DNA from: a virus
Virus record (IMG/VR): IMGVR_UViG_3300005805_000047
Location: 86,898-150,897 of that record
Reading direction: 5' to 3' (one strand)
DNA length: 64,000 nt
The translations under genes were made by a program, and so were the position numbers. Positions 18,956 to 29,003 of the stretch are shown piece by piece. Under the pieces are notes generated by a model. That model was not told where the DNA came from and did no database searches. It worked only from the letters and a program-made list of their open reading frames with translations. Numbering within the stretch: position 1 is the first letter of the stretch; every line of letters begins with the position of its first letter.

Positions 18956-19028
18956 TGGGCCCGGTGGGGTTCGAACCCACGGCCAAGGCATTATGAGTGC
19001 CCTGCTCTAACCACTGAGCTACAGGCCC
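18956..19028 (-). tRNA. tRNA with CAU anticodon (Ile2-like acceptor stem; Met not excluded)
   Basis: GGGCCTG/CGGGCCC acceptor stem, loop CT-CAT-AA, TTCGAAC T-loop. Confidence 0.88.
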
Positions 19029-19050
19029 GTGTATTGGCTGAATGCACATA

Positions 19051-19395
19051 TCAGTCAGTCCAAATTATTTTTGCAACGCCGAGTCTTTTTAGGTAGCGCT
19101 GACACTTCGTGCATGGTCGAGATAAAGCCGGCTGTCCGTATCGATCTATTCGAGCGACGTATACATGCGCTCCAAATATCTTTGGCCCGGCAGCAATTGC
19201 GGCTGCGGCCTCTGCGTGAATGTAGGATTTTCGCCATCCCGTAGTCGGATCGCCAATCTTCTTGTTAGTCCCGACAGCTACAACCTTTCCGTTGTTTACT
19301 GCCACACAACCATGTTTGTAGCGACACTTGCTCTTATGCGCCACCTGGATGGCATGCTGCAAATACTTGTGGATGTTCTTCCTTTTGGTTGACAC
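19051..19395 (-). CDS. Cytidine/dCMP deaminase-like zinc protein
   Basis: HAE...PCTKC deaminase motifs. Confidence 0.82.
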   Translation of the reverse strand: MSTKRKNIHKYLQHAIQVAHKSKCRYKHGCVAVNNGKVVAVGTNKKIGDPTTGWRKSYIHAEAAAAIAAGPKIFGAHVYVARIDRYGQPALSRPCTKCQRYLKRLGVAKIIWTD

Positions 19396-19491
19396 ATTTC
19401 CTCCACAAATGGAGAATGCCGGGCGGGTTGATCTGAGAAGCCAACCGGTAATTGGGTCCCAATATCAATGCCACCCGGCACTCTAACCGTG

Positions 19492-19950
19492 TCAGAACGG
19501 TTCTGAATCCTCAGTTGCCCCCACTGACACTGCCCGACGTTGCTGGCGAGGGGTTGCCGCACCACCGGACTTCTGCTCGCCACCAGCTGCTTGTACCCGG
19601 CGACGCTCCAGACTTTCAATCGAACGTGTCAAAATTCCAATTTCCTCAGCGACAATCTCTGTGGTCGAGCGCTTCTGTCCCGTTTCTTTGTCATCCCAAC
19701 TTCTCTGTTCGAGACGACCCTGAACGATCACGCCAATGCCCTTTTCGGCCACGCGCGCGAAGTTCTCAGCAAGATAACGCCAGGCGATGACATTGATGAA
19801 CGATGTCTTTTCCTGCTTCTCTTTGTTCTCGTCATACCAGACGTGATTGACTGCCACGCTGAACGAGCATTTAGCCGCTCCACTTGGCAGGAACACAAGT
19901 TCCGGGTCTGAGGTGATATTTCCTACCACCGTTGTTGGTGCCAGATTCAT
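19492..19950 (-). CDS. ssb: Single-stranded DNA-binding protein
   Basis: VVGNITSDPEL, GRLEQRSW, acidic tail ending EPF. Confidence 0.95.
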   Translation of the reverse strand: MNLAPTTVVGNITSDPELVFLPSGAAKCSFSVAVNHVWYDENKEKQEKTSFINVIAWRYLAENFARVAEKGIGVIVQGRLEQRSWDDKETGQKRSTTEIVAEEIGILTRSIESLERRRVQAAGGEQKSGGAATPRQQRRAVSVGATEDSEPF

Positions 19951-19996
19951 TCTTTTTCCTTCCGTTTGGGGTTAGTGAGGGTTAGACTAGCAGCAC

Positions 19997-20266
19997 ATGG
20001 CGACAGAAGATGGCACCACCAATGAGCTCAAAATGAGGCTAATTGACCACATTGCCGCCATTCTCGACGACCTCGAAATGAGTGACGAGAATGAGGGTGA
20101 ATACTCTGACCAGGCGATTGTCGAGATGCACGATCGCAACATTGGCCTTGCGGGCTTCCTAGTGGCCTCTCTGGGGCTCTCAGACGCGACGAAAGACACA
20201 GATGGGTATTTCGTAAGGGTGAACCCAGATGACCCCATTTCCTACGTGGATAGGCATTTGAGATAG
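19997..20266 (+). CDS. Hypothetical protein
   Basis: Acidic ORF divergent from ssb. Confidence 0.6.
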   Translation: MATEDGTTNELKMRLIDHIAAILDDLEMSDENEGEYSDQAIVEMHDRNIGLAGFLVASLGLSDATKDTDGYFVRVNPDDPISYVDRHLR

Positions 20267-20387
20267 TGCGTTTGTGAACGCGGTGGTGTGTTTGGGTGTC
20301 CTGACGCCCTACAATTGAGGATAACCATTCCACCGACATAGATCGACAAGTTACTGAAGTCGAGTCGCCAAACCACAGGAGTCGCAA

Positions 20388-20975
20388 TTGAATACAACCA
20401 TAGGCGGATTCATTTTATCCATTGGGTTATTTATTGGGGGTGCCTTCATCCCTTCCAGTCCGGGAAATCCCGAACTGAGGGGCTGGACCAAGCAAACACC
20501 TGCCGTCGTTGAACACACGCCGACCCCCCAACCCACCACGACGACTGTGGTCAAAATAGCCTTCCGCCATGGGGACATTTCTTGGCTTCCTGCTCTGGCC
20601 GCCGAAGCCGGCTGGCCTGAGGATACTTGGGAAAAACTAGGTCAAATTATCCTTAGAGAATCGGGTGGTTGTCCAAACCGTAAAGGTGGAGACGTGGTTG
20701 ATGAGAACTGTAATATCACGGGTGTTTCTGAGTGGAACCACCGTTCGGATACGGGTCTGCTTCAGATCAACGGGGTGAACTACAACCCCAAGAGGAACAA
20801 GTGGGCCGCCGTCTGTCGAGACATGGGTGTCTGCACCCAAGAGCCACTACTCGACCCCCTGACCAACCTTAAGGCTGGCTATGTTCTCTACACATACTCT
20901 GGTTGGGGTCCGTGGGATCCGTGCACATGGGGTCCGGAATACGCTGACCGTTGCAAGGCTTCCAAGAGGCCATAA
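20388..20975 (+). CDS. Secreted or membrane-anchored lytic transglycosylase (SLT-like)
   Basis: N-terminal hydrophobic segment, T/P linker, RESGG catalytic Glu, GLLQIN, GWGPW. Confidence 0.8.
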   Translation: MNTTIGGFILSIGLFIGGAFIPSSPGNPELRGWTKQTPAVVEHTPTPQPTTTTVVKIAFRHGDISWLPALAAEAGWPEDTWEKLGQIILRESGGCPNRKGGDVVDENCNITGVSEWNHRSDTGLLQINGVNYNPKRNKWAAVCRDMGVCTQEPLLDPLTNLKAGYVLYTYSGWGPWDPCTWGPEYADRCKASKRP

Positions 20976-21111
20976 CACGCGCCGGCGAATTGTGTTGCCG
21001 TAATCTTTCTATTAAGGCAGTCGGGGTGCACCCCTACGTCTGGAAGACCCCGATTGCTGATTGCCAAAGTCCATGCCCATGCCGGCTTGTCAACGGGACT
21101 AGTCTTGCTGA

Positions 21112-21474
21112 ATGGCTAAACAAACAAGACGAAATAAACGAAATAAACGAAACCAGCAACCAGAGCTACTGGACAGATCGGACATTCTTGGCCTCGCCCA
21201 CGAAGCTGTCACCGTTGCTCGTAATGAAAAGTATGGCGAACCACAAGATGACTTCTCTTGCACATCCGAGTTGTGGGATTCCTACATTGCTCGACTAATC
21301 CAGGTTCGTGGTTACCCAAACCTCAGACCGTCTGACGTTCCGGTAATGATGATCCTTCTAAAGATCTCTCGAATAGCTCAGTCGCCCGGCGATGCAGATC
21401 ATTGGGTCGATATTGCCGGCTATGCCGCTATCGGCGCAGAGTGCGCTTCAGAAGAAGAGGATTGCTGTAACTAA
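21112..21474 (+). CDS. DUF6378-like phage protein
   Basis: R...YG.P, LLKISR, DHWVDIAGYAA. Confidence 0.75.
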   Translation: MAKQTRRNKRNKRNQQPELLDRSDILGLAHEAVTVARNEKYGEPQDDFSCTSELWDSYIARLIQVRGYPNLRPSDVPVMMILLKISRIAQSPGDADHWVDIAGYAAIGAECASEEEDCCN

Positions 21475-21776
21475 AAAAGTGAAGTGTTTATCTCTTCATT
21501 CGGATCTGAGTGAGCGGCTTTAACAAGGTCGCTTATTGCCCTTGCGCCACCAAGCATAATCAACGTGTGGCAAGCATCAATCAAAGCTGACGGATAGTTT
21601 CCGTGTTTTGAGTAAAGGGAATCGGCCATATCTACTGCCGCTTCGCGCGTATTGCGCTCATACGCTTTCATCAAGGCAATCCGTTCCTCTTCCTGTCGAA
21701 GCAAGTGCTCTTCGGCGAGGCTGTTCTGATGATCCTCGTAGAGGTCTTGTATCTCTTGTTGTTCTTGTTCGGTCAC
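21471..21776 (-). CDS. Hypothetical protein
   Basis: Coupled to the upstream ORF. Confidence 0.55.
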   Translation of the reverse strand: MTEQEQQEIQDLYEDHQNSLAEEHLLRQEEERIALMKAYERNTREAAVDMADSLYSKHGNYPSALIDACHTLIMLGGARAISDLVKAAHSDPNEEINTSLF

Positions 21777-22173
21777 TCTGCCACCCTAGCGTCAACAAAA
21801 TCGAAGTGTCTTGCCACCTCAACCCCAAACTCATCCGAAAGATCGCCATAAGCAAGTTCTCTCGCATCGAGTTCATCGGTTGTCGTAGCCGCAAGCGTTA
21901 TTGAGCGAATCGTGCTTATCGTGGCGAGGGTCTTGTTCGCCCGGAAGGTGACCAAATACGTCTGCTCAAAGTCCAAGTCGCTCATGAATCGAGACCACAC
22001 TTCGGACAGTAGGAGTCATACTCGCTCGGCCCGTGATCACAGAAATCCAAATTCTCCTTCTCGAGCGCACGATTGAGAAAGTGAATAGTGCCGAGAATGA
22101 CAAGGCCAAATAAATAGAAGGCGATCCATAAGTTCATAAATCCAGAATACACCTGCCGCATCTGTTGACGCAC

Positions 22174-22500
22174 TTAGGCAATAACCAGAGTGCCGTCTGG
22201 CAATATCGTTTTTATGAAACAAGACTCTGGCTTACCTTGCTTGGCGAGTTCGGAATTGACTGCCCTCGCAAAGTCCGTCTCACCGATACCGAGAATAACT
22301 CGGCCAGCAAGTATTCGATCACGAACAGCCTCGCGATCTATCGTGTCACCGTCAAACGGAAATGCTGGGTTCGGGTCGGTTGTGTGGGCGAGACAGGCAT
22401 TGCGAATTTCTGTCTTGGTTGCGAACGGATAGATAGCACCGAGACGATCTTTGTCGTAGAAGTCTTGGCAGTAGTCAATGAAGTCGTTGAGGTTTGTCAT
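22174..22500 (-). CDS. Hypothetical protein (leaderless)
   Basis: ATG 34 nt after motif at 22534. Confidence 0.65.
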   Translation of the reverse strand: MTNLNDFIDYCQDFYDKDRLGAIYPFATKTEIRNACLAHTTDPNPAFPFDGDTIDREAVRDRILAGRVILGIGETDFARAVNSELAKQGKPESCFIKTILPDGTLVIA

Positions 22501-22504
22501 AGTT

Positions 22505-22747
22505 CTAGTATTCCTCGCCGTCATCTTCGGACGCGTTTTCGTCAAAGGCAAACATAGCCTCCCAGCACTTCGGGTGAGTGCCAGAAATAATCTGCTCTCG
22601 CAGTGCCTTATCCAGCTCAGGGAAAGCAACTTGGGCATACTCGCCACTGTTGTAGGCAACGAGACCAGATTGGGTGACGGTTACTTCGCCCTCGCAACCA
22701 CAGTGAAAACAACGGCGAGTAGTGACGGTGATAAGTGTGTCGCTCAT
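22505..22747 (-). CDS. Small Zn-binding phage protein
   Basis: CFHC...REQIISGTHPKCW; ATG 34 nt after motif at 22781. Confidence 0.7.
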   Translation of the reverse strand: MSDTLITVTTRRCFHCGCEGEVTVTQSGLVAYNSGEYAQVAFPELDKALREQIISGTHPKCWEAMFAFDENASEDDGEEY

Positions 22748-22847
22748 ACGATAACCATAGGTCAAGCTAATCCACCAGCGCGTTTCCGGCGAACAAGTGT
22801 TCGGTCCGAGCGTGCGCCGAGGGATGGGGGTCGGATACGTTTGTCGT

Positions 22848-23024
22848 ATGGAAACGATCAACCGACACTTTGACTACATTGACTACTACGAGCGTCAGAT
22901 CGCACGTGAGGCCGCAAAACGCAAACCCAACCAAGCGATCATCTCCTCGGCCCAGTCATACATCGACCACTCACGAAACCGTATCGCCATACTTGGCGCG
23001 CTGGCGAATGAGGGCAGGTTGTAA
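22848..23024 (+). CDS. Hypothetical protein (leaderless)
   Basis: ATG 34 nt after motif at 22814. Confidence 0.6.
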   Translation: METINRHFDYIDYYERQIAREAAKRKPNQAIISSAQSYIDHSRNRIAILGALANEGRL

Positions 23025-23031
23025 TAGTGGT

Positions 23032-23274
23032 ATGAGAACAACTACCTACGCAGACAAGCAGAAATACATCACGCGCGACTACGGGTCGTTCGTGGGCAAG
23101 ACCATCAAGGAAATTCGACCACTCACTAAAGCAGAGTGCGTGGACTGTGGTTGGGATTTTGAGCACGAGGACTATGCCGTGGTCGTTATCTTTACCGACG
23201 GTTCAGGCTTCATTCCTTTGGCAGACCCCGAAGGCAATGGTGCTGGGTTCTTGGAACAAGCAGTGCTCCAATGA
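23032..23274 (+). CDS. Phage hypothetical protein (DxEGNG type)
   Basis: VGKTI...DPEGNGAG; ATG 34 nt after motif at 22998. Confidence 0.7.
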   Translation: MRTTTYADKQKYITRDYGSFVGKTIKEIRPLTKAECVDCGWDFEHEDYAVVVIFTDGSGFIPLADPEGNGAGFLEQAVLQ

Positions 23275-23834
23275 GAGACCTTGTTGACGTAGTGCGCGAG
23301 CACATGGACATAACTATGTCTACGAAAATTGATGCCTGCCAACGCAATAATGGCCCAACCGATCTCATGCCGATGATGATCTGGATTTCTGCCGACGATA
23401 CGACGAACCTCGCCATAGTCGATGGCAAAGTCCACGCGGCGGATTACATGCCGAAGGCACTCTCACTCATCTACAAGCAATCGCCGAAAGTGATTATCTT
23501 CATGTCGGAGTCACTTGGCAAGGCACTCACTTCCGAAACAGAACTTGACCAATTTGTGAACTCTCATCAGCCGGGAGATCTCGAAAAACTTCACACCAAA
23601 TACGGACCACTCTCGGGCATTCAGGAACTAATCGCTTTCAATGCCATTGATATGACCAACGGTAGTCAGGTTCAGGGAATTCTGACGTTTGCTTACGACG
23701 ATAAAGGTATTCCCGTATTCAATGAACCAGATATTCAGGAAATTCCCACGAGCTTGATTGAGCGCGCCAACATAAGTTCAATATTCAATGCGTTCTACAA
23801 GTTCACGCTGGAAGAGAAGTTGAATTTGAACTAA
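23271..23834 (+). CDS. Hypothetical protein
   Basis: ATGA overlap with the upstream gene. Confidence 0.65.
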   Translation: MRDLVDVVREHMDITMSTKIDACQRNNGPTDLMPMMIWISADDTTNLAIVDGKVHAADYMPKALSLIYKQSPKVIIFMSESLGKALTSETELDQFVNSHQPGDLEKLHTKYGPLSGIQELIAFNAIDMTNGSQVQGILTFAYDDKGIPVFNEPDIQEIPTSLIERANISSIFNAFYKFTLEEKLNLN

Positions 23835-25698
23835 GTCTGTTCGCTATTCTCTGCCGAACTGCATCAACAACATCGCCGCCGTCGACTGCCCCGGCGACAA
23901 CTTGCTCTTTTCGAGAGATGGATTGGTGAATATCCTCGTCGATACTGTTTGCCAGAAGTGCATACGTGACTCGAACCGATCCACGTTGGCCAATTCTGTG
24001 GAGTCGACTGTAGGTTTGCTGCACATCTGCCGGCGTCCACGGCATTTCAACGAAAACTATGTCCTGAGCCGCAGTCAACGTATGCCCGGTCTTCGCTGCC
24101 TCAATGGATAAAGCTATTACCGGGCTTTCCTCGACCGAATTCTCTTGGAATCGACGCTTTGCTTCCTCGACATCAGCTACTGACATGCCACCTTGGATCT
24201 TCAAGCCGCCGTATCGAGACGCAATTGCGTTTACCGTGTCCCTGTGGTGCGCAGCAACAACAACTTTTTGCCCGGCAACAACCATTTCGTCGATAAGTTC
24301 CATCACACCAGGCAATTTGGCCTCAGCGGCAAGCCGGCGCAGCACCGAAATACGTGCGAGCTGTTCCGGCGCATTGTTTGATCGACCATTTTGCTCAAGC
24401 CAGGCCCCAACATCTGCCTCAGCGACGTCGTAGTCCCGTCTACCTTTCTCTGAACCCTCAAAATACATCGTCGACTCAAAGACCGGGGGCAATTCTGAGA
24501 GAACTTGATCCTTTGTTCTCCGGATATAACACGTCGAGCGCAGTGTCGAGTTGAGTTCCTCAAGATTCGAGTGGCCGTCAATGCGAAGTTGGCCGAATTT
24601 GTCTCGATGCGCATTGCAGTAGCGACGCCAGAAGCCCATTCGACCACCGAAAGTGTCGAGCAACCCCAGAAGATCAATCTGAGACACGTATTCAGCTGGT
24701 CGAGAGGCCACGGGTGTCCCAGTAAGCAGCAGAATTGGTGCACTTTCAGATGCCCGGCGACATATTTTCATGGCCGCTTTGGTTCGTTGCGCCGTGTATG
24801 TCTTGAGGTAATGGCTTTCGTCGAATACATAGCCGCCCAGGCCATTCAATTGAGCTTGCCAGGCAACCAGATTGGGATAGCCAACAACCACCACGTCGTA
24901 AGTCCCGTGTTCTGGGAACGATTTACGTCCAGATACCACAGCAATGCGGCGCTCTGGCAACCATTTCGCATACTCTTTGGCCCAATTCAAGGTCAAATTT
25001 GCCGGGCACACGACGGCGATCGGGTACACGGGTGTTTCTCGATGCATTTCCTCAACGGCTGCTATGGCCTGCAGCGTCTTTCCCAGTCCCATCTCGTCAG
25101 CAATGAAGCATCGCCGGCGATTCCGGGCGTACATTACGCCGGCTTTCTGATACGACATGAGCTTTTCGAACCCGGCAATAGTTATTTCTGCGCCGGTCGA
25201 GCGCGATTCGGCCATTGCATCTTCCATTCGTCTCTGGATTTTGCCGGCTTCACCTCGAACATCATCCGGAACATGCATCCCAAAGCGTTCTGACCAGGCA
25301 ATTGCTTGACTGATCGACGAAATTGGGGCCTTCCACGCCTTTGTTTTGGCATCCCAAGTGACTCCTGGTATCTGTTTGATGCTGCGGACTTTAACCGGGT
25401 CGTAACCAAAGCTCAGGAATACGTATTTGCCTTCCATCCGGACACCGAAGGGAATGTTCTTGTGTAACGGGACTGTGAGGCGAAGGACATCTGAATCAAT
25501 TGTCAGGCCAATTTCGACTGCAAAGTCCCTTGCTTGAGCCAATGATGTGACCGGAACGCGCCATGCTCGAGCAATTCGATCCCACTTGGCACCCGGAATC
25601 AGCTTTATCCGGCTGACTTCGGCCTTGTCGTAGGGCCAATCCAGCACAAGATGATCATCATCCAGCACCATTCGACCCTTGTTCCCCTCATCTATCAC
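23803..25698 (-). CDS. SNF2-family helicase with two N-terminal HARP-like repeats
   Basis: DEMGLGKT, DESH, LTGTP, SRLHRIGQ; two IKxIPGxxWD..xxxW repeats. Confidence 0.9.
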   Translation of the reverse strand: MIDEGNKGRMVLDDDHLVLDWPYDKAEVSRIKLIPGAKWDRIARAWRVPVTSLAQARDFAVEIGLTIDSDVLRLTVPLHKNIPFGVRMEGKYVFLSFGYDPVKVRSIKQIPGVTWDAKTKAWKAPISSISQAIAWSERFGMHVPDDVRGEAGKIQRRMEDAMAESRSTGAEITIAGFEKLMSYQKAGVMYARNRRRCFIADEMGLGKTLQAIAAVEEMHRETPVYPIAVVCPANLTLNWAKEYAKWLPERRIAVVSGRKSFPEHGTYDVVVVGYPNLVAWQAQLNGLGGYVFDESHYLKTYTAQRTKAAMKICRRASESAPILLLTGTPVASRPAEYVSQIDLLGLLDTFGGRMGFWRRYCNAHRDKFGQLRIDGHSNLEELNSTLRSTCYIRRTKDQVLSELPPVFESTMYFEGSEKGRRDYDVAEADVGAWLEQNGRSNNAPEQLARISVLRRLAAEAKLPGVMELIDEMVVAGQKVVVAAHHRDTVNAIASRYGGLKIQGGMSVADVEEAKRRFQENSVEESPVIALSIEAAKTGHTLTAAQDIVFVEMPWTPADVQQTYSRLHRIGQRGSVRVTYALLANSIDEDIHQSISRKEQVVAGAVDGGDVVDAVRQRIANRLSSNSTSLPA

Positions 25699-25721
25699 GT
25701 GTTCAGACTACCATTTCCAAT

Positions 25722-26027
25722 ATGGCAAAGCGATTTGAGACCGAACCGGAAACACCCGGCGAAGATGTCATTGGTGAATCCCTTCTGGGCAAGCAATTGC
25801 AGCAGAAAGTCGCCCAACTTGAGTCCAAGATACGCGATCTGGAATCAAAAATCAGTGCGACACTCAATGACCCGGCATTCAAGAATCGAATTGATACTGA
25901 CAGTGAGTCTTGGCGCAAAAACGAAAATGCTCTCGGCAATATTGCCGGCACTCTAAAGTCAGAAAATATTGGCCGGCTTCAGTTGTCGCAGGAATTGCGT
26001 AAGCGTCTTGAAGACGACGTTACCTGA
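25722..26027 (+). CDS. Coiled-coil hypothetical protein
   Basis: Heptad pattern. Confidence 0.55.
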   Translation: MAKRFETEPETPGEDVIGESLLGKQLQQKVAQLESKIRDLESKISATLNDPAFKNRIDTDSESWRKNENALGNIAGTLKSENIGRLQLSQELRKRLEDDVT

Positions 26028-26255
26028 TTGCACGTCGAACTCTCTGGATTCATCTTCCAAGTAATCCGGGAGGTAAAACTCCTCGTAAGTGCGATCCACG
26101 TTTGGGTTACGCAATGCACGAAATACGATTCTGACACCTTCTGGCTGCTGTTTGTGCCACTCAAGGGCTTCAAGTCCGTTCGCAAAAGGACCATATATCT
26201 TGCTGTTGGTCATCAACTCTGCGATGACCGGAGTTTTTACATCGGCGAGTGACAT
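25959..26255 (-). CDS. Hypothetical protein
   Basis: YGPF motif; operon context. Confidence 0.55.
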   Translation of the reverse strand: MSLADVKTPVIAELMTNSKIYGPFANGLEALEWHKQQPEGVRIVFRALRNPNVDRTYEEFYLPDYLEDESREFDVQSGNVVFKTLTQFLRQLKPANIF

Positions 26256-26258
26256 GAG

Positions 26259-26561
26259 TTAGTCAATACTCACTTCATAGGCATCGTCAGTCCACGGAAT
26301 AGTTCCAATGAAGTACCCGATTCGATTGACGAGATGATACCCGTTCGTAATCAATGGTCCGTTATCGCCATCAATGTACGTCCATACGAGGCGTTCATCT
26401 TCTAGAACTACGCTTCGCACGTACTCGAGTTCCGGACCGTATGTCTCAAACATGATGCCACCTTCGCCATCATCGAATGAAGCATTGTCGTCAAGATGAT
26501 TGACTTTGGGTTTGAATGTCTCAGACCACTGATCGACCGTGAGTTTCTGTAGTTTCAGCAC
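26259..26561 (-). CDS. Conserved phage hypothetical protein
   Basis: FETYG..E...VWT...G.H.VNRIGY pattern; AGGAGG RBS. Confidence 0.7.
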   Translation of the reverse strand: MLKLQKLTVDQWSETFKPKVNHLDDNASFDDGEGGIMFETYGPELEYVRSVVLEDERLVWTYIDGDNGPLITNGYHLVNRIGYFIGTIPWTDDAYEVSID

Positions 26562-26570
26562 ACCTACCTC

Positions 26571-27119
26571 CTACCTAGAACCTACTGGTACTTCATTCTT
26601 TGGCGCAACTGCCCACTTATAGCGAGTCTTCCAGTCGCGAGGCAGGCGAACTCCGTTCATTCTCGGCGTATAGAACTTGAAGCCGCCCTTATAGACGAGC
26701 TCTCGTTCAACTAAGCCGTTAGTGAACTCAATAGGAGTCTCAAAAAGCACTCGATCTCCTACTGCGAGCTTGGGCTTTGACTTCTTTGAGGCATGATGCT
26801 CTCGTACCTTGTCTCGCCATGCCAGTGCATACTCGCTGTCGGTAGGCGAGAGTCTGTCGAGCCAAGCGAGAGGGTAGTCGTAATAACACGGCCCCTCAGT
26901 CTCATCCATGATTTTCGTAAGCACTTCAGTGCCCCGGTAGCCAGCACTGCGTCTTTTGACGAGTGCGACTGCTGCGAAGACAATGCCAGTCTTGGCATTT
27001 TCTACCAGCCACCACTTCGCACCACGGTTAGCGAGCACTCGGTTATACCCACCTGACTCGATCTCGGCACGAACGAGTGACTCGGCACTCTCATTTGTGA
27101 ACGTTCCGGTCCATCCCAT
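26571..27119 (-). CDS. DUF6927-like protein
   Basis: MGW start, K.MDET.GP.YYD.P...L, A..WR. Confidence 0.7.
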   Translation of the reverse strand: MGWTGTFTNESAESLVRAEIESGGYNRVLANRGAKWWLVENAKTGIVFAAVALVKRRSAGYRGTEVLTKIMDETEGPCYYDYPLAWLDRLSPTDSEYALAWRDKVREHHASKKSKPKLAVGDRVLFETPIEFTNGLVERELVYKGGFKFYTPRMNGVRLPRDWKTRYKWAVAPKNEVPVGSR

Positions 27120-27585
27120 GACTAAGCCTCCACCTCAATAGGTGAATTCATGAACTCGTAGTGATCCACCAGTGATGCCGTGAGTATCGCAGTCCACTCA
27201 CGGATGGTAAAAGCATCATCTTCGAGTGTGCCGTCCTGCAGCAGGTTGATTACCAGTTCCTTACTGAACTTATCGGTTGATAATGACATTGCTTACCTCC
27301 TATTGGGTAACTTATCGGCTACTAATCCTTCGGCGCACCTCACAAGGCAAGGATCGTTTCGCCGTACTCGCCATCAAGATTCAGTCCTTTGGCAACGAAA
27401 ATTTGCGTGTTCTTGCCACGTTCCTGCTTGGCCCACTCTTGGCAGACTGCAGTTGCCTCATCGAGGGTTGAGTAGATCTCTACCCACTCGTCGCAATACC
27501 CCGTGTCTTGTCCATCGCGAGGATAGTCACTCCATACTGCGGCAAATAGTTCGTGCTGTTTCAGCATTGTGTCTCCTTTGATCGG

Positions 27586-28287
27586 TTACTCAGACATTAC
27601 GACATCAGCATTTGCCGACGCATTGCCCTTTGGGCAGTCCTCGTAGAGATAGTCCACCTCGGCGTAACTGCAGCGTATGCACTCTTGGCCAATGTCCTCC
27701 CATTCCCGATGCGATTCCGGTATGTCCCATGAACGAGTTTCTTCGAGTTCGCCATCTTTGCCCTCGTAGACGACTCCCCATCCCTGCTCCTCGGTGCAAT
27801 GAAACTCAAACTCCAAGTCCGGGTGCTGTGCGACCATTGCCCTAAATGCTCCCTCTGCCGGCGACCATGCCGTTGAGAAACTGTAAGTGATCGCACCAGC
27901 GGCTTCATCAGCGAACAGGCCAACCATGCAAGTCACATCGCAAGCATCCCACTTCGTACCCCAGTTGCGAACATTCCAGTCATACCAGTGATCACCTTTG
28001 AACTGCAATGCCTCAACCATGCGTTCATCAAATGTCATTGTCTCATGGTTATCTGGCTTCTTCTCTGGGCCGAAGTAAGCATCGAGATCGGTTGGTGCGA
28101 TGAAGTTCCAGAATGATAGATCGGACTTATGCTCCACGACATCAATGGCATCGGGGTCATACCCTTTGCCCTCAATGAAAACTCCCCTGTGCTTACTTGT
28201 GTAGGGCTTAGCAGCCTTTGCTCGGAACTTCTCAAGCGATGACTTCGAGCCAGAGACTGTTGCAGTTGTGTAGACCCAATTAGGCAC
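27586..28287 (-). CDS. DUF1281/YubB ferredoxin-like fold protein
   Basis: MPNW start, WYDWN..NWGTKW, F.TAWSP. Confidence 0.78.
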   Translation of the reverse strand: MPNWVYTTATVSGSKSSLEKFRAKAAKPYTSKHRGVFIEGKGYDPDAIDVVEHKSDLSFWNFIAPTDLDAYFGPEKKPDNHETMTFDERMVEALQFKGDHWYDWNVRNWGTKWDACDVTCMVGLFADEAAGAITYSFSTAWSPAEGAFRAMVAQHPDLEFEFHCTEEQGWGVVYEGKDGELEETRSWDIPESHREWEDIGQECIRCSYAEVDYLYEDCPKGNASANADVVMSE

Positions 28288-28529
28288 TGTATTCCTCCTC
28301 GTACTTCTCTTGATTCATCACAATAAACAAGTGATCGTTATCGCTGTTACTGAGAATCCAGTCAGCGCAACCCTTTCGAGTGCCGACGAAAACTACCTCT
28401 GGGTCTGTATCAAACCCATTGAAGCCCCACCTAGTGGCAGTGTCTTCTATTACTACGTATGTGTAGCATCGCTCTGATAAGGACATCCGAACCTCCTTCG
28501 TTCGTTAGTACTTTTACCTTACGAATGTG

Positions 28530-29003
28530 TCATCCTTCAGCGCGTCTATCATCGGCAGGATTGCGAGCTTCCCATTTGCCGCGCTCGCGCGACTTGAAGT
28601 ATCCAGTTGCCTTTGCCCATGTAGAGATCGTGTGGGCCGATAAGCCCGACTCATCCACCAGTTCCTTCATCGTGAACTCTTTGTAGGTGTTTGCCTTCGA
28701 GAAGGAAATGAGCTTCGCGTACTTGTCTTTTCTCTTCTCTGGGCGCGAGTCAGCCTTCTTCTCGCCGGCGAACTTCGTGACCATAGTCGGCCATACGTTG
28801 TAGAAGGCGAGTACCGATCTCAGTGAGTCTGTTGATCCATCCCAAGCGATGGCGAGACAATGAAGGGCTCGAATCTCTTCGCCGATCTCTGAGGCGACTT
28901 CTGCCGGGACCTTGAAGGCAGTCCCATACTCGGCTATGGCCGCATCCCACAGTTCTCGGTTGCGACGTTCTATCTGTGCTTCGGTTGGCTTTTTCAGTTC
29001 CAT
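28530..29003 (-). CDS. Hypothetical protein with C-terminal HTH-like segment
   Basis: FTMKELVDESGLSAHTI; motif 35 nt upstream. Confidence 0.6.
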   Translation of the reverse strand: MELKKPTEAQIERRNRELWDAAIAEYGTAFKVPAEVASEIGEEIRALHCLAIAWDGSTDSLRSVLAFYNVWPTMVTKFAGEKKADSRPEKRKDKYAKLISFSKANTYKEFTMKELVDESGLSAHTISTWAKATGYFKSRERGKWEARNPADDRRAEG

